The notes beneath the pieces are model-generated. The model saw only the letters and a list, made by a program, of their open reading frames with translations, was not told the origin of the DNA and did not search any database. Below, one piece after another: positions 7,328 to 14,436 of a stretch of 14,436 nucleotides of DNA. This stretch comes from Bdellovibrionota bacterium. Its GTDB lineage: Bacteria; Bdellovibrionota; UBA1018; UBA923. Each line of letters begins with the position of its first letter. Position 1 is the stretch's first letter. The position numbers were made by a program, and so were the translations under genes. The stretch is from positions 1 to 14,436 of the forward strand of contig JBFMCE010000097.1 in the NCBI GenBank assembly GCA_040754655.1, in the 5' to 3' direction.

Positions 7328-7585
7328 ATGAAAATTGCAGCTATTTCCGAACTCAAAGCGAAGCTGGCCCGGTACATTCGACTTGTAAAGTCCGGGGAAG
7401 AGGTCGAGATCCATGAACGTGGGGTACCTGTGGCTCGTCTTACGTCGATAAGGAAAGAATCCGTTCTTGCGCTGACTCCCCCTCGAAGAAGCCCTTCTTC
7501 TTTGGCCAAGTACCGTTTCTCAGTGAAGCCAGTTTCAAAATTCGACGTCGTTGAGTTGCTTTTAGAAGATAGAGCAAAAAGGTGA
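7328..7585 (+). CDS. Type II antitoxin, Phd/YefM (prevent-host-death) family
   Basis: ISELKAKLARYIRLVKSGEEVEIHERGVPVARL signature; GTGA overlap with a PIN toxin gene. Confidence 0.92.
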   Translation: MKIAAISELKAKLARYIRLVKSGEEVEIHERGVPVARLTSIRKESVLALTPPRRSPSSLAKYRFSVKPVSKFDVVELLLEDRAKR

Positions 7586-8007
7586 TCGCTTATATCGACT
7601 CATCAGTCATGATGCGCGTCTTGCTAGGCCAAGCCAACGCTTTAAAAGAGTTTTCCAAAGTTGAACGACCAGTGGCAAGCAAGCTTTTGAAGGTTGAAGG
7701 CCTCAGAACCTTAGACCGACTGCGAACCCGTGGAATGTTGACAGAAACTGAATTCATAAAAAGCGCCGAAGAGTTTCGAGATTCGATTGATGCTATCGAA
7801 TGGATAGAAATCACGGACGCAATCTTAGATAGGGTCGGTGGCAATTTTGCGGTCGCGCTTGGAACCCTTGATGCCATTCACCTCTCATCAGCCTTGCTCT
7901 GGAAAGAACAAACCAAAATGAGTCTTCATTTCTTAACCCACGACGAGATTCTCGGCAGGGCCGCCCGATCTCTGGGATTTCATGTTTTGGGCTGTCTTGA
8001 AGGTTAA
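7582..8007 (+). CDS. vapC: Type II toxin, VapC/PIN-domain ribonuclease
   Basis: YIDSS, VE, LGTLDAIHLSSAL, FLTHD..L..AA..LG; acidic PIN residues present. Confidence 0.92.
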   Translation: MIAYIDSSVMMRVLLGQANALKEFSKVERPVASKLLKVEGLRTLDRLRTRGMLTETEFIKSAEEFRDSIDAIEWIEITDAILDRVGGNFAVALGTLDAIHLSSALLWKEQTKMSLHFLTHDEILGRAARSLGFHVLGCLEG

Positions 8008-8058
8008 TAAAAAAACCTTCCCCTCTTGAAAACCATTCTCCAGCCGCAGCCGCATACC

Positions 8059-9813
8059 TCATCTCTTCTTCCCCAAAATCCTCTTATCCCTCACTTGCCT
8101 GTGAAAGGTGATCGCAAACCTGTGGCTCTCGTCGCGCGCTTGTGTCAACACGCGGTAAGACCCCGTTCCAGGTTTGAGCATGATCGGGTTTTTCTGGCCA
8201 GGCTTGAACACGCGTTCCATTGAAGCTTTCACTTCGGCGTCTTGAAAGCTTGATTCCGTGCGAGCTTTCGCAAGAGAAACGAGTTCAACACCAACGACGC
8301 CAAGTTCTTGAAAAATAGCTTCAGCCTGAGCAAGCTGTCCCTTGCCGCCATCGATGACCACAAGATCTGGAAGTGAGTGGTCGTTCACGAAACGCCGCTC
8401 TAAAACCTCTCTTAAGCTCTTGAAATCGTCAGGTCCCACGACCTCACGCACATGGTAATGCCGGTACAAAGACTTCTCAGGCTTGCCTTCAACCAAGACC
8501 ACACGTGACGCGACCGTTCCTTCACCCTGAAAATGACTGATGTCATAACATTCAATGCGATGGGGAAACTTTTGCAAACCCAGTTTCCGTTGCACGTCAG
8601 ACAAGTCATCCAAGGTATGACTGATGTCTTCAGAGATTTCGACCAAGTGGTGCTCTGCGGTTTTGTGGACCATCGCCACGAGATCAGCAGCCTCACCGCG
8701 TTTGGGAACTCTGAAGTCCACTCGTTTTCCGAGAGCGCGAGAAAGAAGGGCTGCGTGCTCTTTAAGGGAAACGCGCTGGATCACGCCATCGCCTGAATCT
8801 TGCTCGACCGCCGCCCCAACGTCCAACTCTGGCAATAAAACTTCCTTGGGCAAAAGCTGTGGGGTTTCTTGGTACCGATTCACATAATACTGCGCCAAAA
8901 AATTGAACAAGAACTCTTCATCGATCAAATACGGATCGATATCCTCGAACGGAAATTGAAAAACACCGACCGTGCGGCCTTCGCGAACGGCCATGATCAC
9001 CACCACCGCCCTGCCTTCTTGTTTTGCCCGCGCGAAATGAACCACGTCACGATCAAAGTCGGCCTCGGGATTCGTGATTTTTTGCTCTTGGGTGATCTGC
9101 TCGATATGGGAAATGCGATCCCGGATCTCGGCAGCCCGTTCAAACTCTTCCGATTCAGCCGCCTTGAGCATCTGCGCTTTGAGGTCACGAACCACCTCAT
9201 TGGTTTTGCCTTCGAGAATCTTGAGCACGGTCTTGATGTTCTCACTATAGGCTTCTTCACTGATGTAATCCACGCAGGGAGCCGAACATTGGCCCATTTG
9301 ATACAAGATGCACGGGCGCGAGCGATTGCGAAACTCGTTGTCTGAACAATCTCGAAGCTTAAAAGCCTTCTGCGCCCATCTCAAAACCTCTTTGATCTGA
9401 AAGGCTGAAACATAAGGCCCAAAGTACCTCGCACCGTCTTTTCTTACCCGCCGCACGTATTCAAGCCGGGGAAATGGATGGTTGAGATCAAGCCGCACAT
9501 ACGGATAAGATTTGTCGTCTTTTAAACGCACATTGAACTTCGGTCGGTACTTTTTGATCAGATTGCATTCAAGAATCAGCGCTTCAACTTCGTTGTCGGT
9601 AAGCACGACTTCAAAGTCAGAAACTCTGCGCACCAACAGCTCCGTCCTGGGATTTCGATCTTTCTGCTCTTGAAAGTAGCTTGAGACCCTTGCTCTCAGG
9701 TTCTTTGCTTTTCCGACGTACAAAACCCCTCCTGCTGCATCTTTCATCAAATAGACGCCAGGATCGTCTGAGAGGCCCTTGATTTTGGAGTCAAGTGGTG
9801 GTGTTATAGGCAT
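8059..9813 (-). CDS. uvrC: Excinuclease ABC subunit C lacking the C-terminal HhH domain
   Basis: GIY-YIG (PGVYLM..YVGKAKNLRARVSSYF), Cys-rich region (RPCILYQMGQCSAPC), UVR (FERAAEIRD), RNase H-like domain (RIECYDISH, VIDGGKGQL, RDESHRFA); ends about 17 aa after HRFA. Confidence 0.96.
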   Translation of the reverse strand: MPITPPLDSKIKGLSDDPGVYLMKDAAGGVLYVGKAKNLRARVSSYFQEQKDRNPRTELLVRRVSDFEVVLTDNEVEALILECNLIKKYRPKFNVRLKDDKSYPYVRLDLNHPFPRLEYVRRVRKDGARYFGPYVSAFQIKEVLRWAQKAFKLRDCSDNEFRNRSRPCILYQMGQCSAPCVDYISEEAYSENIKTVLKILEGKTNEVVRDLKAQMLKAAESEEFERAAEIRDRISHIEQITQEQKITNPEADFDRDVVHFARAKQEGRAVVVIMAVREGRTVGVFQFPFEDIDPYLIDEEFLFNFLAQYYVNRYQETPQLLPKEVLLPELDVGAAVEQDSGDGVIQRVSLKEHAALLSRALGKRVDFRVPKRGEAADLVAMVHKTAEHHLVEISEDISHTLDDLSDVQRKLGLQKFPHRIECYDISHFQGEGTVASRVVLVEGKPEKSLYRHYHVREVVGPDDFKSLREVLERRFVNDHSLPDLVVIDGGKGQLAQAEAIFQELGVVGVELVSLAKARTESSFQDAEVKASMERVFKPGQKNPIMLKPGTGSYRVLTQARDESHRFAITFHRQVRDKRILGKKR

Positions 9814-9849
9814 TCACTAGATAATTACCACTTTACGGAGTGATTCGCG

Positions 9850-10296
9850 ATGCCTGCCTCAGGTACTGGTTCAGAAGTGTTGGCCTACTGCGGGAGCTGC
9901 AAGATGGACCTTTCTGCGGTCATTGTGGCTCAAATTGGCTCTAAGATAGCGAAAGTTCAATGCAAGACCTGCAAAAAAGAACACGCTTACAAAGGTCCAA
10001 AAGGCGCCAAAGAGCCTTCGAAAGCCGCTATTGCAAAGAAGAAAAAGTCTGCTGAAGCTGCCGAAGCCGCAGAGTCCGCTCGAGCCGTTTCATTTGAAAC
10101 GGAATGGAAGCGGCTCATGGGTGAAGCTGAAAAGGCGCCTCGCGTCAGCTACACGATCAAATCTCAACTCAAAGTGGGTGATGTCATCAAACACACCAAC
10201 TTTGGGGACGGCATCGTAACCCGCCTGATCCATCCCGACAAAGCTGAAGTGCTTTTTCGCACGGACATGAAGCTTCTGATTCACTCTCGGAGCTGA
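9850..10296 (+). CDS. Hypothetical protein: N-terminal C4 zinc finger, Lys/Ala-rich linker, C-terminal PcrA/UvrD-type Tudor-like domain
   Basis: GGAG RBS at 9837-9840; CGSC and CKTC; LKVGDVIKHTNFGDGIV...EVLF...KLL matches the GDxVxHxxFGxGxV pattern. Confidence 0.78.
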   Translation: MPASGTGSEVLAYCGSCKMDLSAVIVAQIGSKIAKVQCKTCKKEHAYKGPKGAKEPSKAAIAKKKKSAEAAEAAESARAVSFETEWKRLMGEAEKAPRVSYTIKSQLKVGDVIKHTNFGDGIVTRLIHPDKAEVLFRTDMKLLIHSRS

Positions 10297-11894
10297 AACG
10301 TTCTTCGCGCAATCAGGCACATGCGGTGGGACTGAATTCCTGAGAAGGGTTCTGGCTCACGAACACCAGGCATGACTCTCATCACATTAAGGCCGTGCTC
10401 TTCGAGCATCGAGCGCCACTGCGAAAGCGTATAGTGCCGCATGCGAAGCTCGGCTCTGCGGGTGCTTTGATCAGGACGAACAATCTTTCGTCTCTCGATG
10501 GTAGTTCCACGAAACCAGTCCCACCTGATCTCGCGCAGCAACATCCCATAAGGAGACTCTTCATAGTCGCGGCTGTAACCCGTACCTTGAAGCTCCCTCA
10601 CCAACCATTCGCGATTGCCGGTTTCGATAAAGGCTCTTCCACCGATTTTCAAGACTCTGGCCATCGTTTCAAGCACGCGCTCATCATCGGCCGCCTCATC
10701 AAAATACCCAAGTACGGAATCAAAGTGTAAAAGCGCGTCAGCGGCCTTGGGCATCTTGATCGTGCGTACATCACCATGAATGATCTGGATCTGCCCTGGT
10801 TTGGGTTCTGAATCCGTACCAATGATCGAGATTCCTTTGTCATTTGCGGTGCGTATCGTCTGAGCCAAGAGAGGTTCCGACAAATCAACCGCCGTCACGG
10901 CGAATCCCCTGCTTGCAAGTTCAAGGGCATGGCGCCCGTAGCCGCTTCCCAAATCGATGATATGACCGCCCGCGGGAACCTGCAATTCCTTCAAGATGAA
11001 ATCAACATCGCGCCTGGCTTGCGGTTCTTCCCAATGGCGTCTCAGTTGCATGTACTCTTCATCAAAATGGCTTCTCCACCACGGGATAGCGCCATCTTCA
11101 GCATCAGGTTCCGCTTCGGAGCGAGATCTCAGCCATGGAAGAACGGCATCGATGACTTCAGGGCTCATTCGCGTATTGAAAAACTGAAGCGGGCTGTCTT
11201 CTTGAGGCTCGTGGTGCTCTTCTGGCGAGAGCAAATGGCCTAATCCCGGAAGCACGAGGCCAAGACAAGAATCAAGCCCTTTCTCTAAACCAATGGTGAC
11301 GGGATCATGCACCAATCTCGCTTCAGAAACCTCTCGAAACGCATGATCTTCTTTCCCGCAGATGATCAGATAAGGCACTTCAACTGAAGCGAAATGCGAC
11401 AGCTCTACGACATTTGAAAGCAAAACGATGCCCTGGATGAGCGCCGCTCTTTGAAGGTCAGCAATCTTATCGATCACAAGCCTTGTGCCTTGGCTTTGAC
11501 CCAAAAGAAAAACGCGCCAGTCGTCTACGTCAGGGTGAGAAATCGCGTGCAGAGTCGCGCAATAAAGGTCTTCCGACAGAGTTCTTTCATCATCCGGGGA
11601 AAACTTGCCCTGACTTTGCCCACAACCCCTTTTGTCGTATCGAAAAACAGCGTACCCAGCCGCGGTCAAGCCGCGAGCGAGCGTGAGAAACCCGTCATAA
11701 TGAGGAATCGCCGGGCCATTGCAGTTTCGGTCTCGTCCGGCGCGGTTATGCGCCATGATCATCAAAGGTCGTCGACCTCCATAGAGCACCGGATCAGGAA
11801 AGTTCCATTCACCGGCGAGCTCAGTCTGATCGGTAGACTCGAAATGCGTCTGTTGAATTTTCACGGCATCTCCTGACATAATAAGGTGCACCAA
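10281..11894 (-). CDS. Fusion of an alpha/beta-hydrolase (N-terminal) and a class I SAM-dependent methyltransferase (C-terminal); start may be ATG 11879
   Basis: AVFRYDKRGCGQSQG, nucleophile elbow LLGQSQG (Ser codon 11493-11495), GKED, GLGH; then IIDLGSGYGRHA, VTAVDLS, GDVR, LKIGG in one uninterrupted frame. Confidence 0.85.
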   Translation of the reverse strand: MVHLIMSGDAVKIQQTHFESTDQTELAGEWNFPDPVLYGGRRPLMIMAHNRAGRDRNCNGPAIPHYDGFLTLARGLTAAGYAVFRYDKRGCGQSQGKFSPDDERTLSEDLYCATLHAISHPDVDDWRVFLLGQSQGTRLVIDKIADLQRAALIQGIVLLSNVVELSHFASVEVPYLIICGKEDHAFREVSEARLVHDPVTIGLEKGLDSCLGLVLPGLGHLLSPEEHHEPQEDSPLQFFNTRMSPEVIDAVLPWLRSRSEAEPDAEDGAIPWWRSHFDEEYMQLRRHWEEPQARRDVDFILKELQVPAGGHIIDLGSGYGRHALELASRGFAVTAVDLSEPLLAQTIRTANDKGISIIGTDSEPKPGQIQIIHGDVRTIKMPKAADALLHFDSVLGYFDEAADDERVLETMARVLKIGGRAFIETGNREWLVRELQGTGYSRDYEESPYGMLLREIRWDWFRGTTIERRKIVRPDQSTRRAELRMRHYTLSQWRSMLEEHGLNVMRVMPGVREPEPFSGIQSHRMCLIARRTFQLRE

Positions 11895-11920
11895 CTTTGA
11901 TCGCTAAAGAGGAGCGCCTC

Positions 11921-12568
11921 ATGATTGCACGAAAAACACTAGCTTGTATCTTCACTGTCTTTCTATTCTGGGTCAGTCAATTGGGAATTCAGGGATGCGC
12001 CCATAAAAAGAAGGCGGAGCCGGTGACCTTGAAGAGATTGCAAAGCAAACGTGTGGCACTTGTTGAGATCCGCGGAGAGAGCGAGTCAAAAAAGCACGTC
12101 GAAGCCGCGATCTTGAACGAAATCCTTGACCATGGGCGTTTTGAGATCGTCGATCGCAATTCAGTGCTCGATGCCCAAGTCACCTATCCTCACGAGAGTG
12201 ATTGGCAACGCCTGGGCCAAAAAGTTGGGGCAGATTACGTGATGTCGGTGCGAGTGCTCGACTTCAGCGCAAAAGACCGCCAGGGTTTTGACAAGATCGA
12301 AGAAGAAGACTCTGTGCTCACGGAAGAAAGCGGTTCAAAAGAACCCGTCATCGGGACTCGCTATCAAAAGGTGAGGGCGATTGAAGGAAATGTGAAGCTG
12401 CAAATCGTCTTCTTTGACGTCGCACAGAATGCGGTTCTTCACCAAGGCATGGGCAGCGCCAAGGAAGTTAGAAATTCGCGTGACAAGACCTCTTTCCGAA
12501 AGATGGACATGCTCGATAAACTTTCGAGGGAGGCGATCGCAAACTTCTTCAACGAATTGCCTGAGTGA
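11921..12568 (+). CDS. Lipoprotein with a CsgG/LpoB/TolB-N-like alpha/beta fold
   Basis: RBS AGAGGAG at 11908-11914 favours ATG 11921 over TTG 11897; lipobox IQGC; RVALV, GRFEIVDR, LGQKVGADYVM pattern. Confidence 0.7.
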   Translation: MIARKTLACIFTVFLFWVSQLGIQGCAHKKKAEPVTLKRLQSKRVALVEIRGESESKKHVEAAILNEILDHGRFEIVDRNSVLDAQVTYPHESDWQRLGQKVGADYVMSVRVLDFSAKDRQGFDKIEEEDSVLTEESGSKEPVIGTRYQKVRAIEGNVKLQIVFFDVAQNAVLHQGMGSAKEVRNSRDKTSFRKMDMLDKLSREAIANFFNELPE

Positions 12569-12590
12569 TTTCGAAAGGCGCGGCGCCCCC

Positions 12591-14375
12591 CTATTGGCTC
12601 GCTTCCGCGCCGAAAGCGATGAACTGGTCCGTGACCGAGAGATTGTCCGCGGCGATCCAAGCGGCCGAACGTTCAGTGTTCGAGAAGCGAACCTCATCAA
12701 TTCGACCGTCCCATGAGCTCACGGCCGAATCTTTCGAGCCCTTGCCGATCAAGAATTTGGTCGCGCCTGTGATGCCACCGTTACGCGCGGCCGAATTGAA
12801 GGTCGGTGTATTCAGAACGCCATCGATGTAAATCTTCAAAGCGCCGTTTGCCGGGCGGCTTATGACGATGTATTGCCAATCCGTAGTCTGAACGCCAGAC
12901 GCGCTCTCAAGCTGAAGTGTATTGCCCCCGCCCACTGTGATGCCCGCTTTGATGACGTTCGAGCCACCCCCGCTTGCTCCATCGACGTCGTATCTTAAGC
13001 TCAATACGTCGTCTGAGCCGTTGGGGGTCTTCGCGCTGATGATGCCTTTGTCGGTGCCCGTGATGTTTGATTTCACCCATACAGATAAAGTGAATGCATT
13101 GACTCCGTTCACATAAAATTCGCCATCGTCATCGTTGAGCTCATCGCCTGCGCCGTCGAACTTGAGGCTCCCACCTGCTTGCCCTGCGACTTGGTCATCG
13201 CTGGCCATCGTGGCGCTCGCGACGGCATGCGCAGCATTCGAAGTGCTGTCGGCCATTTGACGGGCCCCCAACGAAGGGTCTTCCTTGAGATGCCATACAG
13301 CCCTGAAGTTTGCGTTCCAAACCGCAGTTGGATTTCGACCGTCGGCTGCCGCTGCATTTCCGTGATACATCCAGATAGAGTCTGATGCTGATGAAGCATC
13401 AATACGAGGCACTTTCACCCAAACGTACGAAGTGCCGTTCTCATCCCACTTTTCAATCTCATGAGACAACAATGTCTTTCCATCGGTGTCAGTGAACCTA
13501 AGGTCTTGACCGCTATTCTGGGTTTCTGCGTAGTTGATTCGACTGCTATTCAGTACGACCAAAACCGGGAAGTCGGTGAGATTCTCAGATTGTGCCCCAT
13601 TCCGGAAGGTAAGCCTACGGCGCTTGGTCCAATTGTTATCAAGCCAGTCGGCCACCGTAATAGACACGGTCGCGGTATTACTGAAGTCATCGCCATCATT
13701 CACTCGAAAAGTGAACGAGTCAGAACCCGCGAAGTCGAGACCGGGCGTATAAGTGAGGTTTGGGGCAGTGCCCGTAAGAGCGCCATTCGCGGGGTTAGTC
13801 ACGACCGAATAAGTCAGTGCATCGCTGTCACCATCGATCGCTGCAAGCGTGATCGAAACTCCCGTGTTGATTTGAGTGGTGATCTGCTGGCTTGAGGCAA
13901 TTGGAATATCTTCAACAGAAGTCACTGAAATTGAAACCGTGGCAACATTCGAATCGGCCAATGCGTCTCTTGCTTTGAATGTAAAACTGTCAGCTCCATT
14001 TACGTTGGGGTTTGGCGAGTATTGAAAGGCTCCCGTAGAAGCATTCGTGATCATCACAGTGCCCTTGGTTGGATTGGTCACGATTGAAAACGTGAGGGCG
14101 TCGCCATTGGCATCTGTCGCGGTTAGGACGCCAGTGAGCAGATCATCTTCAAGCACCGTTACAACGCTGCCAACCGCTACCGGAGGCTCTTGAGGCGCGA
14201 TTGTGTTGCCTGAACCAAGGCCGGATATGCCAGCTATCCCGTCTGAGCCCCCACCTGCGCCTGCACCTATTCCTCCACCCAGACCTTTGGGCGAACAGCC
14301 CGTTCCAGCCAAAGCCAAGGTTAAGCCGAGTGTCGCTAGAAGCATCGAATTGAGGTTGAAAAACACTCTATCCAT
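12591..14375 (-). CDS. Surface (probable lipo)protein: Gly-rich linker, two cadherin-like/Ig repeats, DUF2341 and a LamG/concanavalin A-like domain
   Basis: Hydrophobic leader ending AGTGC; two repeats with DxxGDALT(F/Y)S.VTNP..G...Y.P....G.DSFTF...D....SN.ATVSI.V; FPVLV, DLRFTD, EIEKWD, VWVKVP, IWMYHGN; FTLSVWVK, KIYIDG, GRIDEVRFSN..RS..WI. Confidence 0.85.
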   Translation of the reverse strand: MDRVFFNLNSMLLATLGLTLALAGTGCSPKGLGGGIGAGAGGGSDGIAGISGLGSGNTIAPQEPPVAVGSVVTVLEDDLLTGVLTATDANGDALTFSIVTNPTKGTVMITNASTGAFQYSPNPNVNGADSFTFKARDALADSNVATVSISVTSVEDIPIASSQQITTQINTGVSITLAAIDGDSDALTYSVVTNPANGALTGTAPNLTYTPGLDFAGSDSFTFRVNDGDDFSNTATVSITVADWLDNNWTKRRRLTFRNGAQSENLTDFPVLVVLNSSRINYAETQNSGQDLRFTDTDGKTLLSHEIEKWDENGTSYVWVKVPRIDASSASDSIWMYHGNAAAADGRNPTAVWNANFRAVWHLKEDPSLGARQMADSTSNAAHAVASATMASDDQVAGQAGGSLKFDGAGDELNDDDGEFYVNGVNAFTLSVWVKSNITGTDKGIISAKTPNGSDDVLSLRYDVDGASGGGSNVIKAGITVGGGNTLQLESASGVQTTDWQYIVISRPANGALKIYIDGVLNTPTFNSAARNGGITGATKFLIGKGSKDSAVSSWDGRIDEVRFSNTERSAAWIAADNLSVTDQFIAFGAEASQ

Positions 14376-14436
14376 ACCTTTAATTTTAGGTTAAAATTAT
14401 TTCATAATTATTTCTTATAAATCGATATAATATATC
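14376..14436. promoter_or_regulatory. Very AT-rich upstream region of the surface-protein gene with palindromes and a direct repeat
   Basis: TAATTTTA-GGT-TAAAATTA (14381-14399); AATTATTTC twice (14395-14403, 14406-14414); GATATA-A-TATATC (14424-14436). Confidence 0.45.

Noticed and set aside
7999..8020. GAAGGTT/AACCTTC hairpin as a bidirectional terminator
   Set aside because: Weak 7-bp stem with the A-tract inside the loop rather than after the stem.
7211..8058. TA pair as part of a mobile element or integron cassette
   Set aside because: No transposase, integrase, terminal repeats, target duplication or attC-like site was visible.
7811..8062. 83-aa minus-strand ORF overlapping the uvrC stop, as a possible split HhH domain (contains EIPEIG)
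   Set aside because: Mostly antisense to an intact vapC, lacks the GIG hairpin and the rest of the HhH pattern; likely coincidence.
10281..11894. BioH-BioC biotin synthesis fusion
   Set aside because: No BioH-type HGWG/GWSLGG motifs and no bio genes nearby.
569..14394. Remaining short ORFs in the track (e.g. 2599-3093, 5553-6047, 6824-7075, 8869-9345, 11451-11876, 13461-13895)
   Set aside because: Antisense or alternate-frame shadows of well-supported genes, with no motifs of their own.
1..14436. CRISPR array, tRNA or rRNA
   Set aside because: No regularly spaced direct repeats or cloverleaf/rRNA signatures were seen in the intergenic regions.

Overview
Gene-dense bacterial chromosomal window. 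The gene content suggests a Bdellovibrionota or deltaproteobacteria-like organism, but this is inference only. Left to right it holds: the 5' end of an exported-protein gene missed by the ORF track; a hairpin-rich 330-nt spacer; a coupled udg(family 4)-nfeD-SPFH operon; and a 23-aa signal-peptide-only ORF. Next comes a convergent cluster of two unannotated exported proteins that both carry NlpC/P60-like Cys-His motifs, flanking a small 6-Cys exported protein (candidate cell-wall hydrolase/self-protection module). Then a 77-aa zinc-ribbon protein; a Phd/YefM-VapC toxin-antitoxin pair with a clear promoter and four phased operator half-sites; and a uvrC that stops before the usual C-terminal HhH domain, head-to-head with a Zn-finger/PcrA-type Tudor protein. 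The right end has an alpha/beta-hydrolase-SAM-methyltransferase fusion, a CsgG/LpoB-like lipoprotein and an Ig-repeat/DUF2341/LamG surface lipoprotein. I saw no rRNA, tRNA, CRISPR array, transposase or integrase. All family calls come from reading motifs by eye, not from database searches.
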